A DNA stretch of 58,433 bases, filler included, from Basidioascus undulatus (lineage: Eukaryota): assembly GCA_000826855.1 (NCBI GenBank). It is 3 parts of 3 records of this genome, joined end to end, with 100 filler letters (N's around TTAATTAATTAA, not from the genome) between each part and the next. Parts side by side here need not be neighbours in the genome. Positions count along the whole stretch, not along the records: positions 1 to 19,446 come from JTLS01000421.1; positions 19,547 to 38,940 come from JTLS01000422.1; 1 more part is not named here. One strand, written 5' to 3'. This document shows, one piece after another, positions 11,938 to 24,477 of this stretch (position 1 is its first letter; every line of letters starts with the position of its first letter). Position numbers and translations under genes: made by a program. The notes under the pieces are model-generated. The model was not told the DNA's origin. It saw only the letters and a list, made by a program, of their open reading frames with translations, and ran no database searches.

Positions 11938-14900
11938 CGTTATCGTTTTCCTGCCAGCGAGAATAGAATGCGAGGGGGGCAAGGAAAGAGTGACAGAGAG
12001 GGAAGGAGAAGGTGGAGGACGAAGGGAAAGAAGGCGAGCGTGGAGATGTGCCCCTCCTGCGCCCTCTCCAAAGGCACTCTTGGGCGCACGGAACCTGGTT
12101 AGGTTTCGAATTATCCAGGCAAGACGACTGGTTCGGCTCTTGCTCGGCCTTGCCCGGATCAATCTGGCTTAAGCCGGCGTTGCCACTGACGCGGTCTTGC
12201 CCATACAATGCATTTCTATGCTCCAATACAAACACCCCCTATTGCGCACATACCGGCTTCTGTCGGGCGCCCTGGGACCTGCTCGTGAGCCCATCTCCGA
12301 CGTCCCCGCTCCGGCGCCGAAGCTCCGCCTCGTTGCAGATCCTGTTTCGGCATGATGCGCATAGCGACGATGAAGTTTTGCATTTACGTCGCTTTTTTCT
12401 TGAAGCGTTCGTCGCCACTGTGGCAACACGAAGGTCTGTAACATCACCCATTTCATCATGCGCCGCACCGCCCAGCCTGCTCTTCCAGAATGCCACGAAG
12501 ACCATTCGCCGAGCCTTTTCTGCTGCTCGACTCGCCAACGCAAACTGCCACCGACAGCGTGCAGCGTGACCGGCTCGGCCAATGCGCGCTTCCCGGTTTC
12601 TGCCGCCTCGTCGCACTCGCCGTTTCCTTCGCTTTTCGACAAGTCTCGTATTTTCGCTTCTTGGTGTATTTTTTGTGAGGCAGCTTATCTTTGAGAGAAA
12701 GTCAGAATACTCTCGACTGTGGCGACTGTGGCGATAGACAAATGTGACTTACAGCGATTGCCGCTCATCCCGCGGAGCGAGCCAATCAGCGGCCGCGCGT
12801 GACGGACTACTTTTGCCTTGCCGTTGCCGCCGGTTTGGCAGTCTGACAACGCTGCGAAGAACGAGTATAGTCACAACGAATGACACAAATGATACGGCGT
12901 TCAGGTGACTATTGCGCTAAAGTGTGCACAACAGAGCGCTACGCCTCAGCTCCTGGCCAGGGACTCACTCGGACAGACGACCAAGGGCGACGCAGCCTTT
13001 CAGCAGACGACCGCTGCAGCTGGGAAGCCGCGACGGTGGGGCTCTTGAATCTTCCCCTCTTAGGCTCTTACCATGTATCTTCTTTCCAGCATCCCAAGAA
13101 TGCGCAGGACAACCGAACAGCACACTAATCTGGTGCCACGCTGAAACAAACTTCGCTGCGACGCTGCAAGGACTGAACCACTAAACGAAGCTATCCTCTT
13201 CCCAGACATTCCCATGCACAATCCCGTCTAGCGCAGGGAGCGCTGTGGCCCCAACGGATGGCTTCATAAAGGATACCTTAAGCCATTAATTGAGCGCACG
13301 CGTAACTTCCACTGTAGGTGCCGAACGGCTATGTGTCATCTGAATTTGAATATTTGGTTCTATTATTTAAGGCTCAGACGCTACGAAAAGGGCTGCTTCG
13401 CGAGGCTGCACACGGACGGTCGTGGTCGCTGCGAGCCTGATGGAAGTCAAGAACAGTCCATTCGCACTGCAGACCTTAGACATTGCATGGGAGATGCAAT
13501 ATTTTGGGAGAGGGTTCCTGAACCTGCAAGGTCTGAAAAAGTTGTTAAACAACCATAGAAACGGTGCTTGACCCCTTCACCTTCGAGAGACCTACCCGCT
13601 CTAAGATGATGTGCACTATGCAGCCTAATCCCACCCCCTAGTTTCTCCTTCCGTTTTCCATCCCAAAAACTGTCGACCGTGCTCGGATAAACGCCACGAC
13701 GCACCCTCATCCTGCGGTCTGCAAGCCCTGAAGCATGTCCCTTCACCGGGCGGGCAAGGCAGACATTTTTTTTGGCGCATGAGACCCTGAATTCTTATGC
13801 CCAGTCAAGTACATTTGTGGCAAAACTTCCATGTCCAGATCTCCTCTGCTCAAGCAATGCGTAGAGCCCTGCATAGGGTGCTCAGCGCTCAGCGCGTGGC
13901 CAGCACCCGCGTCACAAGCTAGAGCACCGCGACCGAACATGGACGCATGTGAAATCTGTTTCTAACCTGAATCAATCAGATCCCAGAGAGATTTTTCAAT
14001 CCCTACCAGCTTGATGGCGGGAGGTGGGCGCGAAAAGCGCCTGCAGCCGCCTGGTCTGTACGTCTGTGAAGTGAAACTTCGCTGTGATACTGCTCGGACT
14101 AGACGCCGGGACGAGAAATTCTGGAGAATGGAAGGGAGGGAATTCTCTCCATTTTATTTTTGATCTTCCCCTATGCGCACATCCACGTCAGTTCTAGCGG
14201 GCAACGGTGCCCGACCGGGCTTGTTGAATGAAGCATGCCCTTCAGCCGTGGACGGAGAACACACGTAACTTCCAGTCAACAGCTTGTAAATGTCTAGCCA
14301 ACATTTTGTGTTCTGTAAGTAAGGCGCTCCAAGAAATACCTACAGGGGGTGTCTGAAAGATTGTCAGTCTGGGGTTTCGCAGCCGCACACCACCATCCCC
14401 TGGCTAAACAATCCAAACTTCACATCGATTGAGGACCTAAAAGTCTTCAGAATCATTTTTGGTTTGGACTCTTAGCGATCTGCGTACCATCAACCAAGAG
14501 GACACTGCATGTAGCGCGCTCATTCGCGGTCGCCCAGGTGCCCTGGAAATGCTCGAGACTGTAGGCGACGAGCGGTACACTTATGCGCCGTAACTGAACC
14601 CTCAAGCATGTATCCTGTGTTTGCTGGACTTTGTGAGTTACCAAAGCCAGATGTTGTTGTGCGAAGTGTATCTTTGGACTGCAGGTCCCCAAGACGGAGT
14701 TGTCACCGCAGCATCAGCCGGCGCTGACTTCGACGAGTAACTTCACGAATGCATTGAACAGGCTCATTGTAAACCTTGCCTTTCAGGTCAGTAAGCCAGA
14801 CAGCTGGAATGGATCCACGCCGTAGACGTCGTTTTTCAAGGCGCGGTACCATCAAGCGCACGTCACGCCACCCACCACCCACCATGCCCAAAACTTTTCG

Positions 14901-15159
14901 CCCTGGCTCGCCCACGTGAGTCGCCTTTCTCCCCGCTTGCTCACTTCCACCATCTCTCCTTGTAGGCACGTTGCCCTAGCATTATTTCGCTCGCACAATC
15001 ATGGACCCCTTTCCCAACCAGGTTCTCGCTCGTATTCTTCGATTCCCAATGAGCGAAGATTCGTGGCTTCGGACAGAGAATGTATCTCTCAAGTACAGGA
15101 ATTCAAACAATGTAATTTTGTACTGAGCGCCTACAATGACCAAGCTTGTTGAGTTTCAG

Positions 15160-17117
15160 CAGTAGTGTTAGGGGACTAAACCAGCCTGAAGTCAGTGTTG
15201 CGCCCCAGCTGTCACTGCAGATGTAAGAGGCATAGGCTGTCTACAATGACACAGTACAGGGCTCACATACCCTTCCAATTTCAGATGAACCTAGCGGTGA
15301 TTTTGGCAAGGCAAGCCTCTGATGCCAATCCATGTGATACAGGCACAGTTCAGGCGGGTAAGTCAGTCCTGCACTCTGGCTGTTGTCACTGCAACTATGA
15401 TAAGGGTAATACTTTGATAGTTCTCTGGAAGTGAGCAAAATGGACATGTGTCTTGGAAATTAGACATGTGTCCGGGAAAATAGACCTGGACCAGAAATTC
15501 AGACCAGATGGCCAGAATGTCAGACCAGACCTTAAGACCAAACCCGACCTTCAGTCCAGATCTTCAATCCCTCAAGCCTTCATCCTTCATTTATTCAGTC
15601 CTTCAATCCTATGCTACTTCACACCTTTGCAACTTTGGCCCTTTATTACTTTATTGAATCATCCACGCATTTACATCTTCACCCCTTCAGTCCTTCAGTC
15701 CTGCAGTCCTTCTGTCCCTCACCCCTTCACTGCTTGACTTCTTTAGTCCTACCCCTGTAAAGTATTCCAGTGAGGATCTCAATAAAGAAGTGGAACTCCT
15801 CACTTGCATTAAGAGGTAGATGAACCCATCACTTTTGTCCGCTTTTATGCAGGGAGTGGGATGAATTGTGCACAGGTGCTGAGATCCTTGCTGAGCTGAG
15901 ATGAACTCCTCACTGGTTCAAGCTATTCTGAGATGTGCACAAGATGATGGTCCTCACATTTTGGCTGGTAGCTGTAGGAACCCATCACACCTGGTGTTTT
16001 ACCAATAGCCCCTTGAAGGATTTCCACATCTTACAGCTGGAGAGCCTGAATGCATCATCTGTGGGCAATGGCACCCAGGGGTCTTCATGGCTTGCTCACC
16101 CATCAGTCAACTTCCACCCACTGGTAGTCCAGGACAGAAGCATCCAGGATAGCAAAGTGTCCTGGACAGACAAGTCAGGACAGAGAACTGGCCAGGACAG
16201 GAAAATTGGCCAGGACAGGAAAGTTGAAAAGCACTCTCCATAAAAATTGTCTGGGTGTAAGGAACTGTACCAGTCAGAAAAGGGTCTAGGATACTGCCGT
16301 GGACAGAATAGTGCAGACAGAAGACCGACAGTATACTGTCCGAGGCAGAAAAGCACCCTGGACAGAGAAAACTGTCCCAGACAGAAAACTGTCCCTGACA
16401 GAAAGATGCCCATGCAAAACTGTCCCAGTCAGAATAGTGCCCTGGACAGAATACTGACCTGTACAGAAAAGCATCCAGGATACAGGTCCTGGACAGAATA
16501 CCATCCAGGAGAGAATACTGTCCTGGACAGAAAATTGTGCTGGACAAAATACTGACCTGGTCAGAACAACATCTCGGACCGAAAACTGTCCCGGGCAGAA
16601 AACTGTCAAACTGTCGCAGCCAGAAAATGTCCTGCACAGAAAAGTATCCACATACTGTCCGGGACAGAAACCGTCACTGCAGAAAATTATTCTGCACAGA
16701 AAGATGTCCCAGACAAGATAGTGTCCTCTGGACAGAAAAGCGGCCTGGACGAAGAGCGCCCTGACAGAAGAGCGTCCTGGACAGAAAACCATCCTGTACA
16801 GAAAAGCGTGCTGGACACAAAAGTGGCCTGGCTGCCCCAGCCAGAATACTGTCATTGCCAGAAAACTGTCCTGGTCAGCGAAGTGTTCCGGCCAGAATAC
16901 TGTCCCGGACATAGAAGCGTCCTGGACAGCATAGCATCAGACAGAAATGTGACTGACAGCAAAGTGTGCATGACAGAAAAATGTCCATGACAGAAAATTG
17001 ACATTGACAGCAAAGTGTCCTCGACAGGAAACTGTCACTGACAGAAATCTGTCTTGGAAAGCCAAGTATCATTAACAACCACTTCTGACAGAACTTCCGC
17101 TATATTTTATGCGGAAG
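15160..17117. mobile_element. Probable degenerate transposon or repeat relic (CpG-depleted, repeat arrays, no intact ORF)
   Basis: Very few CG dinucleotides over ~15160-16250 compared with the flanking genes. Short repeat clusters and a minisatellite. No transposase recognised, and the boundaries are approximate. Confidence 0.45.
16127..17093. repeat. Degenerate ~17-bp tandem array, consensus CTGTCCTGGACAGAAAA (13-bp palindrome plus A-rich spacer)
   Basis: GGACAGAA/CTGTCC recurs at roughly 17-nt spacing. Perfect palindromic monomers at 16518-16530, 16655-16667 and 17032-17044. Confidence 0.9.
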
Positions 17118-17558
17118 CACAGCGTACACTCAAGACGGTGAACGCCGCTGCGCCGGCCGCCTCGGAAGCCAAGCTACCTTGCTGCGCTGATGGGACTCAA
17201 TCAGCCGCCCCAGGGTGCGCCGCTGCTCTGTTTTCACAATGTTATTGTTGGGTTTTCCTCCTTCTGCTCCCTTTGGCGTTATTTTGTGTGGGGATGTGGT
17301 GTTGTCGCGCTGGAAGCCCGTGCAGGTAAGGCAGCGCGCTTTCGGGAATAAAGCAGTTCTCAGCCTCGGACAGGACCATGCCCGGGCCGGTTCCAACGCT
17401 GCGCGATCGAGTGACTTGAGCTCTCCCCCATTGCGACAGGCACGCTCACACCCCCCCACACACCGCCCTCATCGCCCCCGTCTCCCCACCAAAAGCATAC
17501 CACCCAGCGCACCCCACCCTTTCCGACCGATCCGCGAGCGGGCGCATCGCATCCGAGG

Positions 17559-19446
17559 ATGCCGCTCTCGCTGCCGTCGCTCAACACGACCGCGGTCCTC
17601 GCGCGCCTGCCCGAGTTGAGCCGCCTCTCGTCCCTCTTCACCGCCGTCGACCACGTCGTCGACCCCCAGATCCCGGACGACGTGTTTGAGGGGCTGGCGG
17701 GCGCGCAGCCTGCGGCCGAGGCGGCGGGGGAGGGCGTGGCTGGGCGGCTTAGGCTCGTCGTGGGGCCGATGGCGTTTGTCGCGAGCCGGTACTGCTTTGC
17801 GACTTGCGCTGTGGTGAGTCTCTTCTCTCCCGGATTGACGGGATTTTCCAGAGGTTGTGCTGATTGCTCTTGTGGCCATCCGACAGTCCCTCACGCTTTC
17901 CCGGATCCAGCACATCGTCCGGCCCCCGCAGCGGCCCTTCCACCCCCCGCCCCTCACCCGCCTCTCCATCCGCCTCCCCGCCATCGCACTCCTCCTGCGC
18001 GCGCTCGCACTCCTCGCGGGCGCGTACCTCGCCTACGCGGGTGCCGGTGAGGACGGGTCCTGGTCGTGGGTGGGCGGGTGGCTGAGGGACCGCGCGGTGG
18101 ATGCGGGGATGAAGGGCGTGTGCTGGGCTGTCTGGTGCGGGCTTGCGGCAGCGCTGGTGGCGGATGCGCTGATGCGGGGGCTGGAGAGCGAGTGAGTGGA
18201 CGGCTTCCAGCTCGGGTCCAGGTGCGGTTGGCTGACGGGCTCGGACGCGCAGCACCTCCCATACGCCTCCAATCAACTTCGTGCGTCCTCTTCTCCCTCC
18301 TTCCTCCATCCTCTCCCTCCTCACCCTCATCCGGCTTCCCTCCCCCCATCACAGTTCGGCCTCGCCATCCTCCTACACCACTATTCCCAACTCCCCTTCC
18401 CTCCCTCCTCCTTCTCCACACCGTCCACGCCCGTCGCCCTCGCCCTCTCAACCTGGCACGCCCCGCCCTACCCGCACGGGCTCCTCCTCCTCTCCTCTGT
18501 CCTCCTCGAGCGCCTCACGCTCGCGCTCCTCGGCTGCCGCGCGGGCGCCCTGGCGCGCTGGAAGCTTGCTGCGACGAGCGTGTGGGGGTTTGCGGGGATC
18601 GTGAGTCTGTTCGGGGAGAGGGAGAAGGGATGGGGGAATGGGGACTGATGCGTGTTGGGACGGGGGCAGGCTCACCTGTTCTGGGCGCTCGCGACTCGCC
18701 CGTTTGAGGTGCCGAACTTGATGATCTTCGGGCGGTTCCCCGAGGCGTTCTTGCTGTTCATCATCTTGGTGCGCCGTTCACCTCCCAGTTCAGTCTCAGC
18801 AGGCCGCTCATCATGCCTTCCTCTCCCGCAAAACAGCAAACCGTCATCCTCCACGTCTTCACGCAGCTGGTGACGCAAGGGAAGGTGCGACCCCCCTTCC
18901 CCTCTCCCCTCTTCCTCCTTTCGATTTCAGGAAGTTTGTGTATACTGACGTTCCACTCCGCGGGCAGGTCACGCACTCCGTCTTCGGTCACTCCTCCGCG
19001 CACCCCTCGCGCTCGTCCGACTTCAACCTCGCACTCCTGCAGCTGGCCTCCGCGTGTCTCGAGTCCACGCACGTCGCAGGGCTCCACAACGACCTCGCGC
19101 CCATTGCGCTCCCTCCCGCGCGCTCCCTCTCCCTCACACGGCAAGATGCCTCCCTCGCCCCCTCCCCCTCCGCTGCTCCCGCGGGGTGGACGCACGAGAT
19201 CAAGGACTTCAAGCTCGAAGTCCCTATCGCGGGTGCGCAGGGCGCGGAGGAGCCCGCGTGGACGGAGTGGAAGCGCTTCTGGCTCGCCCTGGGGCGGACG
19301 GGCGCGCGCGTTCTGCTCGCTGTGCCCGGGTCGGTGAGGGTGCTGAGGGCTGCGGTGCGGGCGGGCAGGTGGGTGAGAGGCGGGTGGGAGAGCGAGGGGT
19401 GGAGAAGGAGTGGGAAGTACGTAGATCTGCTCTGGGCGATTTCTGA
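17559..19446 (+). CDS. Polytopic membrane protein resembling the N-terminal half of Asi1/Asi3-type RING E3 ligases; truncated by the contig end
   Basis: Multi-exon. FVASRYCFATCAV|SLTLSRIQHIVRP...LSIRLPAIALL, several hydrophobic helices, FGRFPEAFLLFII. Family call from recalled similarity; the RING domain is not in the window. Confidence 0.55.
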
Positions 19447-19546
19447 NNNNNNNNNNNNNNNNNNNNNNNNNNNNNNNNNNNNNNNNNNNNTTAATTAATT
19501 AANNNNNNNNNNNNNNNNNNNNNNNNNNNNNNNNNNNNNNNNNNNN
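19447..19546. other. Artificial contig linker (44 N + TTAATTAATTAA + 44 N)
   Basis: Six-frame stop spacer inside Ns, exactly 100 nt. Confidence 0.98.
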
Positions 19547-19579
19547 TTTTTTGTTTTGATCTTTTTTAAAAAAAAAAAA

Positions 19580-19614
<35 letters not shown>
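19547..19614. repeat. Poly(T)/poly(A) low-complexity contig end
   Basis: T-rich stretch, then a ~45-nt A run directly after the linker. Confidence 0.85.
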
Positions 19615-19616
<2 letters not shown>

Positions 19617-20783
19617 CTCTCCGAGGCACACATGTGTTGACGGGAGAGAAAATTCAGGCGTACCTTTTCAAAGACCTCAGTTGAAATGTTTACTCTGAGT
19701 AAGTCGGCAAGCAATACATCGAGAAGCAGCGCCAGTTAGCAACGGAAGCTGTTTCACTGCCTCATCTTTGTTGCTGAACATGTGGCCGACCGTGCTTCGT
19801 CATTGTAAAGGTCTTCGAACGAGTTCTTGGGCTTGTTTTTTTAACCGGAAGAGCATAAAAGAGCATGGTGTAGACGTAAGGCCTATGGGGACGGCCGTAC
19901 TTGACATATTCTCCCCGCGGAAGAAAGGTCGGCTGGGAACTGACTACAAAGGCTGAAACAGGCCAGGCTACTGCGCCAAAGAGTTACCGATATTGATGAA
20001 CTGATCAATCACAAGGAATCGTTCTTACTTCTCATGCAAGAAAGCGAACTGCGCTTCAGTGGGCGCAGGCAATGGTAAGGTCAAAGGTGAGCGGGAACAC
20101 CTGATGGGAACACCTGATCACGGACCATCGGCAAGTTGGGACAATTTTAGCAGTACAAAAGTAAACGCGCAGACAGCAGGCACGAACAGTCAGTGCTTCA
20201 GAAAATATTCCTGAAATTGGGGCTGTCGTTGGAAGTTGAGTTGCGTCACGTGAGCTGTTCCTGTCAGAGCGTTAAGAAACAGCCGCTGATCCGTGCCTGA
20301 TGAGCTATCCGGCTCGACTTGCCCCTTTAACCTGCCTTGCTTTCATCTTGTACTCCCCAGATTCAGCGTACCATTTGATGCTGTTCTGATGGCAGATGAG
20401 TACAATCTGGACGATACACCCTCGTTGCAGTACAAACGGGGGTTAATGCAGTCTCTTCACAACGCTGATTTCCCATTTATAGACATCGAGCCGATGACGA
20501 AGCGCCGACTTCCAGCCCGTTTGCTGCGGACCGCGTCTCAACACCTTTGAGCTGCGCCGCGCCCTAATCACCTTGTTCTCTCAGATTTACATCTTGATCG
20601 GTACACAGCCCGACGGGCGCAGCATTACCGACCACCAGCAGCAGCAGCACAGCAACGGCAGCAGCACCGCTGCCGCTTTATCTCCTCTTCACCTTTCGCC
20701 CTTCCACTGCTTCCTCCTTCGATGTCTCTCTAGCTTTCACACTTTGCAATCGTTACCCTTCGTCAACCCGCCGTTCTATCGCT

Positions 20784-23700
20784 ATGCTCCCCGAGAAGGA
20801 GTACTCCGAGCTCCCGATCCACAGCCGCGATAGCAGCGGAGGCAGCACCTACTACCGCTCCACCCGCGGCCTCGTGCTGAGGCATGCCCGGTTCATCAAG
20901 CTCGGCAGTTGGGCACTGCTCGGACTGGGGGCATTGGGATGGTTATGGTTGCTGGCGGCGAGTTCAGAAGAGCAGGTGCGTCTCTTGGCGAAGTTGCAGT
21001 CCATGGGTGGGGTGGTCGCTGAGCAGTGGAGTGTGCGAAAGCAGGCGCCAGGCGACGCGTCTTCTGTCGTCCGGCCAGCAGACGCGCAGTCCTCGAGTGG
21101 CAGCTCCTCATCGAAGCCCCTCCAACTCCCGTCCTGGCTCACCCCCTTGCGCTGGGATTCCTCCCCGACCACCAGCGACCTCGACGCCCCCTCCATATCC
21201 TACCAACCATTCTCTGCGGCCGCAAACGTGCCGCTGCCTCCAGAAGCGACGCTCCAGGAGCGCCTCGAGGCCTGGCGGACCGCACCGACGAGCGAGCCGG
21301 CTACGTTCGTCAAGTGGAATCAGGAGGTGCGTATTCCACTGTCGTGGTTGAAATCTTTGGCGCGATCGCTGATGGAGCGCGGGGTTGGAGCGTAGACCTG
21401 TTGGGACGTACAGTCCAATCAGATTAACGACCAACTGCACAAGTCTTCTGAGGTGCGTGTCTACCTTACCTAGCTACGAAGCTTGCGGCTCAGACATCAG
21501 TATTGCAGCTTTGGGCGTCCATGAACCAGCGAGTGGCCATCCATTGTTCCCCATCTTCCTCCCTTTGAACCACCCGCTGAAACCCTCTTCTCTACCTTCG
21601 ACAGGTCCGAAATCCTCGGCAGGCGGTTTGCGATGATCGCCGAGCTTGAGCGGCACGCGTCGGAGGGCGCGTTCGAGGTCGGCGGGGGTCGCAGCCTTGT
21701 CGGCGAGGGTAGGGGGATGGTGATGACCGCGGGAGGCGCGGACAATCTCAAGCGCGTTGCGCTCCACCTTCACATCATGCGGAACTACCGTAAATCAGAT
21801 ACCTCCCTTCCCCCTTGCTCCCGTATCTCGTCAGAACAGTCCTGAAGTAACGAAACGAGACGGGCAACTAGACAACAACACCCTCCCCTGCGAGATCTTC
21901 CACTTCCCGTCCGAGGCGCCCGAACTTTTGGACCCGATCCATGCGCATCTTGCGGGCCTGAACGCCAAGCTCGTGCCGGTCGCGATGGGCGAGAAGGTCG
22001 AGGGCCGCAAGAGCTTCCACATCAAGGGCCAGGCGATGATCGAGAGCAGCTTCAGGGAAGTGCTCTACCTGGGTGCGTCTGCCGCGGATGAGGTGAACTG
22101 CGGAAGAAACGGTACTGATGGCGAGGAGATGGGAGGGCAGACTCGGACAACCTCCCAGCGATGGACCCAGAGTACATCTTTGACTCCCCCGGATACACGT
22201 CAGTAGTTTTGCATCGCTGCGACTGTATCATGTCGCTGAGCCGCCTTTTCTCCACCCCAGACGACTTGGAGCCTTCTTTTGTGCGTTATTGTCTCCACCA
22301 GAGTATCACGTGTCCCGTTGGCTGACCGTGAAGGGCATGGTCGGCGATGTTGCCTGCAACAGACCCTGATTACTGGAAAACAGTGTACGTTTCCTTTTCC
22401 GCCATCCGTGAACCTTCTCTGCAGGCTGACCGTGAATCGCGGCGGTGCACGATATCACTGCAGACCTCACAACCAAATCTGGCATATTCTCGGAATACAA
22501 TGCCGCGACGAGTGGGAGATGGAGGCCGGGCAGCTCTTCATCGACAAGGCGCAGCACCTTGACGCGCTGCTGCTCGCGCGGTATATGAGTACGTACTTTA
22601 TCTGAACCGTCCCGTATGCTGGCCGGTACTGATGGTTACACATCAGTGATCGACTGGGAATGTGCGTGCTTGGCAGCCTCGTCGCACTGTCGATTGATAC
22701 AAAGCAGCTCATCTCTTCTGTCTTTCTCGCTCAGTCTGGTTCAACTTCTCCGACGGCGACAAGGACACGTTCCGGTGCGCATACTGAAATTTGCTCTACC
22801 GTCATCCGCGTCGGCGCTGAAGCCTTTCGTCCTCTTTCGCAGCTACGCAATGCTCGCCCTTCGCAAGCGCTGGGCTGTGCCCGGACGGTACATGGCCGCG
22901 GCCGGGCTGCCGCGGAACACTTTGTCGGGCTGGTGCGTCTCTTTCCGCCCAATTTATTTGAGCCTCGGACGAAGCATAGACGGAGCTTGACACAGGCATG
23001 TGGGAGGATGCTGGCAGGTGCGGGCACACCATGCTCCAACATGACCACAAAGGCGAACCGATCTGTATGTTACACAGTTCTCTCGTATCTGTTCCGCATG
23101 ATCGCTAATCGTACCTCTACATGCAGTCGTTCATTACAAGTGCGCCCCGCTCTCAGAAGCAACAGTTGCTGCAAGACTGACCCATCACCTACGCCTGCTC
23201 CGATAGCCTTTTGAAACAAGTGCGTTTGCGGGCGTATCGCTTGAAACTAAAGACTCTGCGTCTGATTGTATCTCCTTCGCAGATACCATCTGGGGTCTAC
23301 AAGGGTGCGCCGTTCACCACAGTTCCCGTCTCGTGTGCGGAACTGATGCCTGACGCTGTGCGGGTATGTCACAGGCTTCACCTGGGGCAGACATGTCGGT
23401 CTCCTTATCCTGCGCCGCGCATGGGAAAAGTGTCGCTCATCCGAACCCCCACAGAAAATGCTCCCCGACTTTCCGCCTGATCCTGACGAGGGCTTCGACG
23501 ACAGCGGGCTGCCTTCGAAGGACGACGTGGATGCGGACATGTACGTTCTCGCAATTTTAATCCCGTACAAACAGTGGAGTGCTGACAGTCATTTTTGGTT
23601 CGTTACCGGACAGGCTCGCAGACGCCGACTACATGGGACGCGCTCTTTCTCCCGCACCTGAAGTCGTTCGCCGGCGAGCGGCACTGGAGCGCGGGATGCG

Positions 23701-24072
23701 GATGCGGTTCCAGTGCGTCGCGGCCCCTAGCCTTTCCTCTCGAGTCAGTTCCTAACAAACCCCTTGTCCTCTTTTGCCCGCATGCAGCGGTGGCGGCAAC
23801 TCTGCGTTCTGCACAGACGTGTACCATGAAGACATCCGCCCCATCACGGACGACGGCGAGGAGGCCGAGCCTGCAGTCAACGTGAAGTGGGACGACCCGA
23901 TTGTAGAGGTCAAGTGGGATTCATTTGAGCACCTAAAAGACTTTGTGCGTCTTCGTTTCGGGTTTGGACCGAGCAGTTGGCTGATCACTGCGCCTCTTCC
24001 GACCGTGCTTAGGAGGAGAATTGGTACAAGGAGGGAAAGAATGCTAAGGGAACGGGATACCAGATTTCTTGA
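20784..24072 (+). CDS. GT71 (Mnn1/Mnn2/Mnn5-like) alpha-mannosyltransferase, type II membrane protein, many exons
   Basis: N-terminal TM helix. GRGMVMTAGG, LPCEIFHF, SFHIKGQAMIESSFREVLYL|DSDN (DxD), PDYWK, EMEAGQLFIDK, SDGDKDTF, CGHTMLQHD. Confidence 0.92.
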
Positions 24073-24477
24073 ACGGGTTATTGTTACGTGTATCTCCTTA
24101 CAATGGTCTCTGTCGCTGTGCTATAAACAAGTGGTCTGGGCTGTCCCGGCCAAATGCTGGATTGGCCATGGCAGATCAGACTGCGTGTAGGCAAGCTTGG
24201 GGCGGCGGTCGCCTACAGTAGTTTTCTTGTGGTGGGAATACTCGGCACTTGAGCAAAATTTTACATGACCTATGCCTGCTCATGTTGGCGGCGAGAAACA
24301 GTGGGGGAAGAAATTGTACATCATTTGGGTAGGAAGATGGAAAGCTCAGAAAGCGCTGTACATCTAGAAACGTCCGTGTCGTTCCGTCAACGTGTCCGCG
24401 GTGCTGCGCGCGCGGCACGCACGTGAAGCGATCCAATCTCGCTCTGCTTTCACCCTCATACCCTTATCGTCGCGCAC

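Noticed and set aside
16096..17078. Long Cys/Gln-rich ORFs (up to 208 aa) over the repeat array
   Set aside because: They are by-products of the 17-nt repeat. The period is not a multiple of 3 and the same motifs recur in all frames.
16127..17093. CRISPR array
   Set aside because: Eukaryotic context, degenerate adjacent monomers, no unique spacers and no cas genes.
19547..19614. Retroelement poly(A) tail
   Set aside because: It sits at a contig end with no element body visible, so it cannot be distinguished from a low-quality end.
20094..20119. Short perfect tandem duplications (GGGAACACCTGAT x2; similar ones near 12715, 50120, 51056 and 51891)
   Set aside because: Ordinary slippage duplications in intergenic DNA with no further structure.
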